Shown piece by piece: positions 9,508-18,316 of a DNA stretch of 64,000 nucleotides. A program made the translations under genes and the position numbers. Origin of the DNA: Patescibacteria group bacterium UBA3531 (lineage in GTDB: Bacteria > Patescibacteriota > Minisyncoccia > Phycocordibacterales > UBA3531); NCBI GenBank assembly GCA_002376885.1, contig DFOW01000001.1, positions 143,741 to 207,740 on the forward strand, in the 5' to 3' direction. Positions within the stretch are counted from its first letter, which is position 1. Every line of letters begins with the position of its first letter. Under the pieces are notes generated by a model. The model worked only from the letters and a program-made list of their open reading frames with translations, did no database searches and had not been told where the DNA came from.

Positions 9508-10368
9508 ATGAACCCATTTGGCGATGTTCCGCTTCGCACACTAAAAGGAGACGACATTCCGGAAACTCTACGGGAGATCCCTGACCCTCCTAAAAAACTG
9601 TATGTACAAGGAGACTTACCAAAAGACTCTATTTATTTAACCGTTGTTGGTGCCCGAAAATATTCTGCATACGGAAAAGGCGCTTGTGAAGACATTATCG
9701 AAGGACTTAAAAATTATCCTTTTACTATCGTCTCAGGGCTTGCACTTGGTATTGATGGAATAGCCCATAAAAAAGCACTCGAAGTTGGTTTGCCGACCAT
9801 TGCTGTTCCAGGATCAGGACTTGATCCCTCAGTGATCGCGCCACGCACCAATTATTTTTTGGCACAAGACATTGTAAAAAGTGGTGGAGCGCTGTTGTCT
9901 GAATTTGAGCCAACCATGCCGGCCGCTCCCCGCACTTTTCCAAAACGAAACCGGATCATGGCTGGACTCTCTCAAGGTATTCTTATAATAGAAGCAACAA
10001 AAAAGTCAGGCACGTTAATTACCGCACGTCTTGGGCTCGACTACAATAAAAATATTTTTGCTGTCCCTGGGGCTATAACATCCCCCACAAGCGAAGGACC
10101 AAATTGGTTAATAAAAGAAGGAGCCACACCAGTTACCGACGCTCGTGATATTTTAGAAGTCTTTGGATTTGACACTCAAGATGAACCCAAAAACAAAGAA
10201 CCACTTCAAGGAAAAGAAAAAGAGCTCTTTGAACACATACAAAAATTCCCTAACAAAACAGATCTTTTAGAAAAAACAGGATGGTCAATAACCGACATTA
10301 ATATTGTAGGAACATCGCTTGAATTAAAAGGCTTAGTAAAAGACAACGGAGAAACATTTTCTTTTTAA
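9508..10368 (+). CDS. dprA: DNA-processing protein DprA (Smf)
   Basis: LTVVGARKYSAYG...IVSGLALGIDGIAHK...FPKRNRIMAGLS.GILIIEA Rossmann-like DprA signature. Confidence 0.85.
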   Translation: MNPFGDVPLRTLKGDDIPETLREIPDPPKKLYVQGDLPKDSIYLTVVGARKYSAYGKGACEDIIEGLKNYPFTIVSGLALGIDGIAHKKALEVGLPTIAVPGSGLDPSVIAPRTNYFLAQDIVKSGGALLSEFEPTMPAAPRTFPKRNRIMAGLSQGILIIEATKKSGTLITARLGLDYNKNIFAVPGAITSPTSEGPNWLIKEGATPVTDARDILEVFGFDTQDEPKNKEPLQGKEKELFEHIQKFPNKTDLLEKTGWSITDINIVGTSLELKGLVKDNGETFSF

Positions 10369-10422
10369 AAAAGAACAAAAATTTGCAAAAAAAATTAGAT
10401 TATAGTACTAGTTATAAGCATT

Positions 10423-12585
10423 ATGAAATTGCTGATTGTTGAGTCACCCGCAAAAGCAAAAACAATTACCAAGTATTTAGATAATAAATACAAAGTTCTT
10501 GCTTCGGTGGGCCATATTAGAGACTTGCCAAAAAGTAATAAAAAAGCCATCGACATCGAGGGCGGTTTTGTGCCGCATTATGAGGTGGCAAAAGGTAAAG
10601 AAGCTGTCGTAAAAGACCTAAAGAGCGCCATCAAAAAAGCAGATGAGGTGGTACTTGCTACCGACCCCGACCGTGAGGGAGAAGCTATTGCATGGCATAT
10701 TGAAGAGCTTTCTGGCAAAAAAGACTTAAAACGAATTGCTTTTAACGAAATCACCAAAGAAGCAGTGCAAGAAGCACTCAAACACCCTCGTTCTATAGAT
10801 ACCAATTTAAGGCGTGCGCAAGAGGCACGGCGCGTACTCGACAGACTTGTAGGATACGATCTTTCTGGTCTTATTTGGAAGAAACTGCGTTACGGTCTTT
10901 CTGCAGGGCGCGTGCAATCACCTGCTCTCCGTATTTTAATGGAGCGCGAAAAAGAGATCAGAGCTTTCAAACCGGAAGCATTTTGGGTGATCACTGCAGA
11001 CACACAAACAAAGAAAAAAGAACCTCTTCCTCTTGCTTGCAGCATTGAGCCAAAAACAGAAGAAGAAACTGACTCTATTATAGAAGCCGGCAAAAAAGGA
11101 CCCTGGGTAGTAGATGCAATTGAAGAGCGTGAAGTATCACAATCACCACGAGCGCCGTTTATTACCTCAACACTCCAACAAGCTGCAAACTCTCGTCTTG
11201 GGTTCTCTCCAAGTAAAACTATGGGCGTTGCACAAAAACTCTACGAGGCAGGCCATATTACCTATATGCGAACCGATAGTCCAACACTTTCAGGGGCCGC
11301 CCTTAAAGATGTCACTAGTGTCATTAAAAAAGGATACGGAGACGACAAGGTAGAAGTTCGCGCATTTAAAACACGCAAAAAGAGTGCACAAGAGGCACAC
11401 GAAGCAATCCGTCCAACGAGCGCAAGCAAAAAAGTTTGTGGAACAACTGCCGAACAAAAAAAATTATATTCTCTTATTTGGTCGCGTACGATTGCATCGC
11501 AAATGGTTGCAGCCCGTGTTATGCGAACAAAAGTTATTGTCCAAGTAGGTAACGGGACGACTCCACCATTTCATGTAAATGGATCACGAATCAAATCTCC
11601 GGGATGGCTCCTTGCTGATCCCTATGCACAAAGAGAAGACGTAATCCTTCCCGAGGTTTCTAAGGGGGGCAAGCTGACTCTTGTTTCAATCGAAAAAGAA
11701 GGTAAAGAAACCCAACCACCAAACCGCTACTCTGAAGCCGGTCTTATTAAAGAGCTTGAGAAGCGAGAAATTGGACGCCCTAGCACGTATGCAAGCATCA
11801 TTAAAGTTCTTGTTGATCGTGAGTATGTAGAAAAGCAAGGACGAACCCTTATTCCTACTGATACCGGCGAAGTCGTTAATGACTTTTTGGAGAATCACTT
11901 TACCGAATACATTAGCGATGACTTTACCAGTGAAATGGAAAAAGAACTTGATGAAATTGCTGAAGGTAAAAGAGAGTACGCTTCTACCCTTTCTGATTTC
12001 TATACCCCTTTTCAAAAGCGAGTTGAATCAAAAGAACATCTTGAGAAGATTTCAAACCTAGGTGAAGCAGACAAAAAACATGTATGCCCTGTATGCGGAG
12101 ACAGCATGGTTATTAAACTTGGAAAAACAGGAAAGTTTTTGAGTTGTAAAAAATTCCCCGACTGTACTGGTGCTCGTAAAATCGATGGAACCGAACTTGC
12201 CCAACCAAAAGAAATCGGCGAAGACTGTCCTGATTGTAAGGATGGAAAACTTGTACAAAAAGAAGGGCGTTTTGGAATGTTTATTGCTTGTAGCAATTAC
12301 CCAAAGTGTAAGCATGTAAAACAAGATCCATCATCACTAAAAGGAACCGGTGTTACCTGTCCTGAATGCAAAAAGGGCGAGATGGTTGAACGTCGCGGGC
12401 GATTTGGAATTTTTTATAGTTGTAGTGGTTATCCAAAGTGTAAATACGCCATTAAAGCAAAACCAACCGGAAACACGTGCCCCATGTGTGGCAAACTTAT
12501 GATGGAAGGGACCAAAACCATTCCAGAACGTTGTAGCGACAAAGCTTGCCCAAACCATAACCCTCATAAATTGGACAAAAAATAG
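10423..12585 (+). CDS. topA: DNA topoisomerase I with C-terminal zinc ribbons
   Basis: MKLLIVESPAKAKTI TOPRIM start, active-site ITYMRTDS, multiple C4 zinc ribbons at C-terminus. Confidence 0.9.
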   Translation: MKLLIVESPAKAKTITKYLDNKYKVLASVGHIRDLPKSNKKAIDIEGGFVPHYEVAKGKEAVVKDLKSAIKKADEVVLATDPDREGEAIAWHIEELSGKKDLKRIAFNEITKEAVQEALKHPRSIDTNLRRAQEARRVLDRLVGYDLSGLIWKKLRYGLSAGRVQSPALRILMEREKEIRAFKPEAFWVITADTQTKKKEPLPLACSIEPKTEEETDSIIEAGKKGPWVVDAIEEREVSQSPRAPFITSTLQQAANSRLGFSPSKTMGVAQKLYEAGHITYMRTDSPTLSGAALKDVTSVIKKGYGDDKVEVRAFKTRKKSAQEAHEAIRPTSASKKVCGTTAEQKKLYSLIWSRTIASQMVAARVMRTKVIVQVGNGTTPPFHVNGSRIKSPGWLLADPYAQREDVILPEVSKGGKLTLVSIEKEGKETQPPNRYSEAGLIKELEKREIGRPSTYASIIKVLVDREYVEKQGRTLIPTDTGEVVNDFLENHFTEYISDDFTSEMEKELDEIAEGKREYASTLSDFYTPFQKRVESKEHLEKISNLGEADKKHVCPVCGDSMVIKLGKTGKFLSCKKFPDCTGARKIDGTELAQPKEIGEDCPDCKDGKLVQKEGRFGMFIACSNYPKCKHVKQDPSSLKGTGVTCPECKKGEMVERRGRFGIFYSCSGYPKCKYAIKAKPTGNTCPMCGKLMMEGTKTIPERCSDKACPNHNPHKLDKK

Positions 12586-12587
12586 TA

Positions 12588-12609
12588 GAGGCCCACTTTC
12601 GTGGGCCTC
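12588..12609. terminator. GC hairpin after topA (gaggcccac-tttc-gtgggcctc)
   Basis: Perfect 9-bp stem immediately after topA stop; no strong T-run. Confidence 0.4.
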
Positions 12610-12636
12610 TGAGTTCGTTGTTCTGGAGTTCTGCCT

Positions 12637-12903
12637 CTAGGCCGACTCCGGAATCCCTCCGACCTCCTTGAGACGCCTGTTGGCGCGCTCGAGGAGCTCG
12701 TCCCGATCGTAGCCGGGCCAGACGATCGTACGCGTCCCGGCCAGAAGCGATCGGATGTAACCACCAACACACCTGATACGCCAGGCACCCTGGTTCGCCC
12801 CCCGATCGGTGTGATCACCGAGCTTGTCGATGAAGGCGAGCTCCTGCTGTTGCGTCCACCCGGTGGTCAAAGGCCCCGAAACGGGAACCGATCGACGTGT
12901 CAT
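12637..12903 (-). CDS. G+C-rich ORFan (cassette A), 88 aa
   Basis: GC3-rich frame; AGGAG 6 nt upstream of ATG; own TTGACA-17-TATTTT promoter; no family recognised. Confidence 0.4.
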   Translation of the reverse strand: MTRRSVPVSGPLTTGWTQQQELAFIDKLGDHTDRGANQGAWRIRCVGGYIRSLLAGTRTIVWPGYDRDELLERANRRLKEVGGIPESA

Positions 12904-12942
12904 GTCCTACTCCTTGTTGAAGGGAAAGAATTACTGCCTATG

Positions 12943-12971
12943 AAAATACAAAATAATTTCTTTTTTGTCAA
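12943..12971 (-). promoter_or_regulatory. promoter aTTGACAaaaaag-17-TATTTT for cassette A
   Basis: -35 TTGACA at 12966-12971 (minus), -10 TATTTT at 12943-12948. Confidence 0.45.
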
Positions 12972-13013
12972 TAATACCCTTCCTTTTTCCTTCCGGCTCC
13001 CTATAATCAAGGT

Positions 13014-14450
13014 ATGGCGGATTTACAAGAATTATTTGAGAAAAAGCCCGATCTTAAAAAGAAAGAGAGGGATTTTATAGAAAAAGCATATCGTTTTGCA
13101 CAAGATGCTCACGGCGACCAAAAAAGATACTCGGGTGAGCTGTATTTTAATCATGTGGTTAGGTCAACTATTAATCTTCTTGATTTTAAAGTTGATAAAG
13201 AAACAATTGCGGCCGGACTTCTTCATGATGTCGTAGAAGATTGCGATGTTGAGCTTTCAGTTATTGAAAAAGAATTTGGCAAAGATGTTGCCTCGCTTGT
13301 ATCGGGAGTAAGTAAGCTAGGTACCGTAAAATACCAGGGACGTGAGCGCTATGTCGAGAATATGCGTCACTTATTTTTATCGATTGCAGATGATGTCCGT
13401 ATCCTTTTAATTAAACTTGCTGATCGACTTGATAATGTTCGGACCCTTGAGTTCGTACCAAAACACAAACAAGGGCGAATTGCTCTTGAAACACTTGAGG
13501 TATATGTCCCCCTCGCCAATCGACTTGGTATGGGTAAATTACGTTCTGAACTTGAAGAACCAGCCTTTAAATTTGCCTTTCCAGAAGACTACGCCCAGGT
13601 AAAAACACTTATCACCGAAAAAGGACGGGAGCGAGAAAAATATATTAAAAAAGTATTCAAATCGCTTTCAAAGCAATTAGTAAAAGCTGGTGTTAAAGAT
13701 GCTCACGTAGGATACCGAATTAAAGATACCTACAGTATTTACAAAAAACTCCTCAAAAAAGACATGGATGTTGCAAAAATTTATGACCTATATGCCCTCC
13801 GTGTCATTGTTCCTAAGGTTGAAGACTGCTACCAAGTGCTTGGAATTATTCATAAATTATGGAAGCCTCTCCCTGGCCGAATCAAAGATTACATTGCCAA
13901 CCCTAAAATTAACGGATATCAAAGCCTCCACACAACCGTGTTTACCGGAGATGGCGGTATTGCTGAAATCCAAGTACGGACTGAACAAATGCATACCGAT
14001 GCCGAGTACGGAGTTGCCGCTCATCTTCTTTACAAGGGGTCCCTTGGTAACAAAAAAGAGGAGCGCCTTAAGTGGCTCTCACACATCAGAGAAATTAATG
14101 AAGAAAATACTGGAAGTGAGGACTTTTTGAAAAACCTAAAACTGGATTTGTTTGAAAAACATGTCTTTTTATTTACTCCCCTTGGAGATGTTATTGAGCT
14201 TCCTGAAGGTTCGACAGCGCTTGATTTTGCCTATGCAATCCACTCAGACATCGGAAATCATGCCTCTGGCGTTAGGGTAAACGGAAAATTTGTGTCGCTT
14301 GATACAGAATTAAATAGCGGCGACATTGTTGAGGTCCAAACAAAACAAAATAACAAACCAACAAGAAAGTGGCTTGATTATGCAAAAACAAGTTTTGCAC
14401 AACGCTACATTAGAAACTTTTTAAAACAAGAGAATAAAAAGGAACCCTAG
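13014..14450 (+). CDS. rel: bifunctional (p)ppGpp synthetase/hydrolase, RelA/SpoT family (short)
   Basis: HD domain HGDQKRYSGELYFNHV..HDVVED, RelA_SpoT synthetase core YSIYKKL...LRVIV, TGS-like C-terminus. Confidence 0.85.
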   Translation: MADLQELFEKKPDLKKKERDFIEKAYRFAQDAHGDQKRYSGELYFNHVVRSTINLLDFKVDKETIAAGLLHDVVEDCDVELSVIEKEFGKDVASLVSGVSKLGTVKYQGRERYVENMRHLFLSIADDVRILLIKLADRLDNVRTLEFVPKHKQGRIALETLEVYVPLANRLGMGKLRSELEEPAFKFAFPEDYAQVKTLITEKGREREKYIKKVFKSLSKQLVKAGVKDAHVGYRIKDTYSIYKKLLKKDMDVAKIYDLYALRVIVPKVEDCYQVLGIIHKLWKPLPGRIKDYIANPKINGYQSLHTTVFTGDGGIAEIQVRTEQMHTDAEYGVAAHLLYKGSLGNKKEERLKWLSHIREINEENTGSEDFLKNLKLDLFEKHVFLFTPLGDVIELPEGSTALDFAYAIHSDIGNHASGVRVNGKFVSLDTELNSGDIVEVQTKQNNKPTRKWLDYAKTSFAQRYIRNFLKQENKKEP

Positions 14451-15379
14451 ACTGAGAAGTTACTGATTGAGTACAGGTCTTCCTCTTCTTTTTCCTTAGG
14501 AGGTTCGGGGCTTTCTCTCTCCTCTTTTATTTGATTTTGCTCTTCTTTTTCTTTCTCAATAACTTGCAAAATATTGTCGAGATCGCTCGGAGAGAAGAAT
14601 TCAATCATAATCTTCCCTCCATTTTCTTTTTTCTCAATCCTTACACGTGTACCCAGGCGTTCAGCAAGCTTGTCCTCAAGCTCACTTGTTTCTCTATCAA
14701 AAATTTTGGTTGGCTTTCGAACCTTGTCTTGAGCAATTTTTCGAGCAATTGCCTCTGCGTCACGCACCGTGAGTCGCCTATCAATAATATCTCTAAAAAG
14801 TGTTTGTTGAGCTTCGTCTCGCCCAGAAAGCATAAGAATAGGACGCGTATGACCCTCATTGATTTTTCCTTCCCGTACTGCTTGAAGCATTTCCCCAGGA
14901 AGCATTAAAAGGCGGATACTGTTTGAAACATATTCCCTACTCTTCCCCATCTTTTTTGCAATTTCGTTGTGAGTCAAACTAAATTCATCAGAAAGTTTGG
15001 CAAAGGCTTCTGCACGATCGATAGGATTAAGATCTTCTCGTTGAAGGTTCTCAATAATAGCAAGCTCTAGTTTTACTTTATCGTTATCTTCTTTTGCACG
15101 AATTACTGCTGGAACCTGCGCCAAACCTGCAAGACGTGATGCACGCAACCTGCGTTCTCCTGCAACCAATTCATACTCGACTGCAATTCCACCGTCATCT
15201 TTTGTGATTTCTTTTCTAGTAACAACAAGTGGTTGGAGAACTCCATATTGTCTGATTGAATCAGAAAGACTTTGGAGAGCCTCCTCGTTAAATTCTTTTC
15301 TGGGCTGATGTGGGTTTGGACTAATCTTGTCCGTATCGATAAAAAAAACTGCTTGGCTGTATGGCAATGACTCTGTCAT
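14447..15379 (-). CDS. parB: ParB/Spo0J-like partition protein
   Basis: ISPNPHQPRKEFNEEALQSLSDSIRQYGVLQPLVV ParB box; HTH LTHNEIAKKMGKSREYVSNSIRLL. Confidence 0.8.
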   Translation of the reverse strand: MTESLPYSQAVFFIDTDKISPNPHQPRKEFNEEALQSLSDSIRQYGVLQPLVVTRKEITKDDGGIAVEYELVAGERRLRASRLAGLAQVPAVIRAKEDNDKVKLELAIIENLQREDLNPIDRAEAFAKLSDEFSLTHNEIAKKMGKSREYVSNSIRLLMLPGEMLQAVREGKINEGHTRPILMLSGRDEAQQTLFRDIIDRRLTVRDAEAIARKIAQDKVRKPTKIFDRETSELEDKLAERLGTRVRIEKKENGGKIMIEFFSPSDLDNILQVIEKEKEEQNQIKEERESPEPPKEKEEEDLYSISNFSV

Positions 15380-15439
15380 GATTACTTATACTAAAGCAAA
15401 TTGATTTGCCGAGCAAATTTGAGTACACTGCTTTGGTAC

Positions 15440-15521
15440 GCTGGAGTGGCGGAATTGGTAGACGCGCACGACTCAAAATCGTGTCTCTTCGGAGGTGGGA
15501 GTTCGATTCTCCCCTCCAGCA
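15440..15521 (+). tRNA. tRNA-Leu (anticodon CAA), class II long variable arm
   Basis: GCTGGAG acceptor, D-loop GGAATTGGTAG, anticodon loop CTCAAAA, variable arm TCTCTTCGGAGGTG, T-arm GGGAGTTCGATTCTCCC. Confidence 0.85.
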
Positions 15522-15530
15522 CAATTTAAT

Positions 15531-15653
15531 CCAGGGAAGGAATTGGTAGGTGAAATGTCTGGGAGACATTTCACGACGACTATCTAAATCTTCTCTTCGG
15601 AGGTGGGAGTTCCCTGCCTTGTCGGCAGACAGGGATTCTCCCCCCGGGCACCA
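15531..15653 (+). pseudogene. degenerate tRNA-Leu-derived copy with hairpin insertions (tRNA-like element)
   Basis: Shares D-loop GGAATTGGTAG, variable arm and T-stem with the adjacent tRNA-Leu. Carries a perfect 11-bp hairpin with GGG loop (GTGAAATGTCT-GGG-AGACATTTCAC) and a 21-nt insertion in the T-loop. Anticodon arm destroyed, acceptor ends do not pair, ends GCACCA. Confidence 0.5.
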
Positions 15654-15679
15654 CAGCTCATTGACCAAAGGAACTTCTT

Positions 15680-16090
15680 TTGGTTAAATCAGTAATGGGT
15701 GGCAATGGGTGCCACAAAGCTCATGTACCACTTGTCTTTGGGGAGACAAACGTGAAACAAGGAAGGACGTCCTGTGAAGATCCGTTCGTCAACTTCAACG
15801 ATCACCTCTACAAGCGCCGGGGCATCGGCTCGCTCGAAGAGGGGAAGCTCGAACGGACGGAGGATCGACCCGCCTGGGTGCCGGAGGAAGCGACCGTCGC
15901 TGTACGGACGCGGCGCCTCCACGAACGGAGGGTTCTCGAGGTAACCACGTTCCGCCCGAACGGGAGCGGGTTCATCGAACAGAAGAACATCTTGGGAGGC
16001 GGCCGCGGTAGCATGCCGTCCCCCCAGATCGTGGAGATGCTCCTGAAGGAGGAGTACCCCTCGATCGACGTCCACCTCATCCAGGGCTAG
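15680..16090 (+). CDS. G+C-rich ORFan (cassette B); alternative GTG start at 15752
   Basis: Strong G/C bias at third codon positions in this frame; AGGAAGG just before internal GTG; overlapping minus-strand ORF 15689..16075 treated as GC shadow. Confidence 0.4.
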   Translation: MVKSVMGGNGCHKAHVPLVFGETNVKQGRTSCEDPFVNFNDHLYKRRGIGSLEEGKLERTEDRPAWVPEEATVAVRTRRLHERRVLEVTTFRPNGSGFIEQKNILGGGRGSMPSPQIVEMLLKEEYPSIDVHLIQG

Positions 16091-16111
16091 CGCTTCAGGC
16101 GCACAGCCTTC

Positions 16112-16156
16112 GCGGGGCGTGCGGCACGAAAGTGTCCACGCCCCGCCTTCTTTTTT
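16112..16156 (+). terminator. strong intrinsic terminator (10-bp GC stem + T-run) ending at the miaA ATG
   Basis: GCGGGGCGTG...CACGCCCCGC followed by cttctttttt then ATG of miaA at 16157. Confidence 0.6.
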
Positions 16157-17044
16157 ATGAACAAATCAAAGCTAATCATCATCGGGGGGCCAACAGCAAG
16201 TGGCAAAAGCGACTTAGCAGTTAGTGTGGCAAAAAAATATGGTGGAGAAGTTATTTCAGCAGATTCAAGGCAAGTATATAAGGGTCTTGATATTGGAACA
16301 GGAAAAATAACAAAAAAAGAAATGGGGGGCATTCCTCACCATCTTCTTGATGTAGCAAGCCCTAAAGAGCAATTTACTGCCCAGGACTTTCAAACAAAAG
16401 GAGGCCAAGCTATTAAAAAAATTTTTAAAAAAAATAAACTCCCCATTATTTGCGGCGGCACTGGATTTTATATAGATGCTCTCATATATAAAACTCAATT
16501 TCCAAGCATCCCCCCTAATAAAACCTTGCGCACAAAACTTGAAAAAAAGACACCTGAGGAGCTTTTTAAAATACTTAAGAACAAAGATCCCGAAAGAGCC
16601 ATGGTAATTGATCAGCACAATAAACGAAGATTAATCCGAGCCTTAGAGATTGTAGAAACTTTAGGAAAAGTTCCACAATTACACAAAACATTGCCCTATA
16701 AAATTTTATATATAGCGCTTGATCCAGTTGATCTTGATATAAAAATTCATGCGCGCCTAAAAGCAAGAATCAAACAAGGACTTATAAAAGAGGGGGAAAC
16801 ACTCCATAAAAAAGGTCTTTCGTATAAACGGATGAGAGAGCTGGGGCTTGAGTATAAATATTTAGCAGATTTGCTTCAAGAAAAAATCACTAAAGAAGAA
16901 TTTACTGAACAACTTGAAAAAGAGATCAGGCGTTATGCAAAACGGCAAATGACCTGGTTTAAAAAACAAAAAAATGTTCTTTGGTTTAAACCAAATGAAA
17001 CTAAAAAAATCTCCACAAAAGTAGAGAAATTTTTAGCTCTTTAG
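16157..17044 (+). CDS. miaA: tRNA dimethylallyltransferase
   Basis: N-terminal P-loop IIGGPTASGKS, ADSRQVYKGLDIGTGK, MiaA fold. Confidence 0.85.
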   Translation: MNKSKLIIIGGPTASGKSDLAVSVAKKYGGEVISADSRQVYKGLDIGTGKITKKEMGGIPHHLLDVASPKEQFTAQDFQTKGGQAIKKIFKKNKLPIICGGTGFYIDALIYKTQFPSIPPNKTLRTKLEKKTPEELFKILKNKDPERAMVIDQHNKRRLIRALEIVETLGKVPQLHKTLPYKILYIALDPVDLDIKIHARLKARIKQGLIKEGETLHKKGLSYKRMRELGLEYKYLADLLQEKITKEEFTEQLEKEIRRYAKRQMTWFKKQKNVLWFKPNETKKISTKVEKFLAL

Positions 17045-17045
17045 G

Positions 17046-17117
17046 CGGGTCCACCAGGACTTGAACCTGGAACGGTGGTTTTGGAGACCACTGTTTTACC
17101 AATTAAACTATAGACCC
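17046..17117 (-). tRNA. tRNA-Trp (anticodon CCA)
   Basis: Acceptor GGGTCTA/TGGACCC, anticodon stem GTGGT/ACCAC loop CTCCAAA, T-arm CCAGGTTCAAGTCCTGG. Confidence 0.8.
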
Positions 17118-17183
17118 CTCTCCTGTATGTACAGTGAGGCCATTATAACAGAGAGAGTAGGAAAAGAAATTATTTCTTTACCT

Positions 17184-17210
17184 CGTTATGAATAGTGTGC
17201 TTCCTGCACC
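17184..17210. repeat. 27-bp direct repeat copy of the rpmG 3' end (cgttatgaatagtgtgcttcctgcacc)
   Basis: Matches 17326-17352 (cgttatgCatagtgtgcttcctgcacc) with one mismatch; separated by a GC-rich 105-bp spacer. Confidence 0.7.
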
Positions 17211-17311
17211 TATTACCACTCGGAAACCCACGGTTTTCCGACGGCTTCGCCTGCCTTTCTCCACGGGAAAACTAGAGTTTTCCCGACCCCTTTCCTGCAA
17301 ATGGTACAGGA

Positions 17312-17470
17312 TTACTTTTTTATTTCGTTATGCATAGTGTGCTTCCTGCACCATTTACAGTGCTTTTTGAGTTCAATTTTACGCTCAACAAGCTTCCGAT
17401 TCTTTCGGCTCCAGTAATTAGTGCGCTTACAATCTTTGCACGCAAGTTTTATAAGTTGATCTTGTGACAT
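17312..17470 (-). CDS. rpmG: 50S ribosomal protein L33
   Basis: 52-aa ORF below track cutoff: MSQDQLIKLACKDCKRTNYWSRKNRKLVERKIELKKHCKWCRKHTMHNEIKK, with CxxC...CxxC zinc ribbon and HxxE ending typical of L33. Confidence 0.75.
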   Translation of the reverse strand: MSQDQLIKLACKDCKRTNYWSRKNRKLVERKIELKKHCKWCRKHTMHNEIKK

Positions 17471-17532
17471 ATATTCAAAATTTGAGCTTCATAAAGATAC
17501 CCCATAGACCCTGAAAAATCAAGAGAAAAGGC

Positions 17533-17928
17533 TCACCATGCGGCGAGCCTTCCTTCCCCCGTGCCCTCGGGCTTGGGAGGAATGGCGCTTCTCTGCGGCC
17601 TTCGGAAGAACTGAGATTCCCCCATGGCACGCAACATCTTGACGAAGTCGTCCTCGACACAGAAACCGAGCCTCATGATGCACTCGGGACCATCGCAAAG
17701 GACAACGACAGCGTGACTTCCTTGGGCGCCGTCCTTGGGCTGGAAGACCGAGACCCTTCCTTGGAAGCGCCAAGCAACCAAGCAATCGATGAATCCGATC
17801 TTCGTCCCACAACGAGGACAGACGCGCTTGGGGCACCACACCCCAAACCCAGCACCGGCACTGATACTGTCAGCAACCGAAGACCCCCAGGAAGTGACCC
17901 AATAATCTTCGGGAACAATCTGCGTCAC
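17533..17928 (-). CDS. G+C-rich ORFan with 4-Cys zinc-ribbon-like motif (cassette C), GTG start
   Basis: CPKRVCPRCG...CDGPEC; GC3-rich; AAAGGGGGGG upstream of GTG; no family recognised. Confidence 0.4.
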   Translation of the reverse strand: MTQIVPEDYWVTSWGSSVADSISAGAGFGVWCPKRVCPRCGTKIGFIDCLVAWRFQGRVSVFQPKDGAQGSHAVVVLCDGPECIMRLGFCVEDDFVKMLRAMGESQFFRRPQRSAIPPKPEGTGEGRLAAW

Positions 17929-17961
17929 AGCCCCCCCTTTCTGAAAAACACTTTACCTTTT

Positions 17962-17990
17962 TTGACATAAAAAAGAAAGCATAGTATGGT
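17962..17990 (+). promoter_or_regulatory. promoter TTGACAtaaaaaag-17-TATGGT for cassette C plus-strand gene
   Basis: TTGACA 17962-17967, TATGGT 17985-17990. Confidence 0.45.
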
Positions 17991-18303
17991 TTACGTCTGT
18001 TCTTATTGGGGAAGGAGCCCTATAGACATGCACCATGTTGAAGTGCTAGACATCGATGGATTCCAGAACTTCCGCCTACATGAGGGAGACGAGATCATCC
18101 TCCCTGGCGTTCATCTCGAAGCCTCTCCCGCCCCGGGAGACAAGGTGAAGCTCGCCTTCCGTGACGTGGACTGCGTGACGAAGACGAGAGAAGCACTCAT
18201 CACCGGATCCATCGACCCCGGCGAGCCGAGCAACCCGAGGGAGCCCGTGGCTCCCAAGGACATCCGAGTTCGGTGGAACGATCCCATCGTGCGCTGGTCC
18301 TAA
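17986..18303 (+). CDS. G+C-rich ORFan (cassette C), 105 aa (alternative start 18028)
   Basis: GC3-rich frame, followed by strong terminator; no family recognised. Confidence 0.4.
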   Translation: MVYVCSYWGRSPIDMHHVEVLDIDGFQNFRLHEGDEIILPGVHLEASPAPGDKVKLAFRDVDCVTKTREALITGSIDPGEPSNPREPVAPKDIRVRWNDPIVRWS

Positions 18304-18316
18304 CGGACCAGACAAA

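Noticed and set aside
15550-15575. Reading the 11-bp hairpin of the pseudo-tRNA as an anticodon arm (loop CTGGGAG, tRNA-Pro GGG)
   Set aside because: Stem is continuous 11 bp with a 3-nt loop, acceptor strands do not pair, and the T-loop carries a 21-nt insertion, so it is not a canonical tRNA.
15689-16075. Long minus-strand ORFs (15689..16075, 15808..16080) overlapping the cassette B gene
   Set aside because: G+C-rich DNA yields long shadow ORFs; only the plus frame shows third-position G/C bias and a downstream terminator with T-run on the plus strand.
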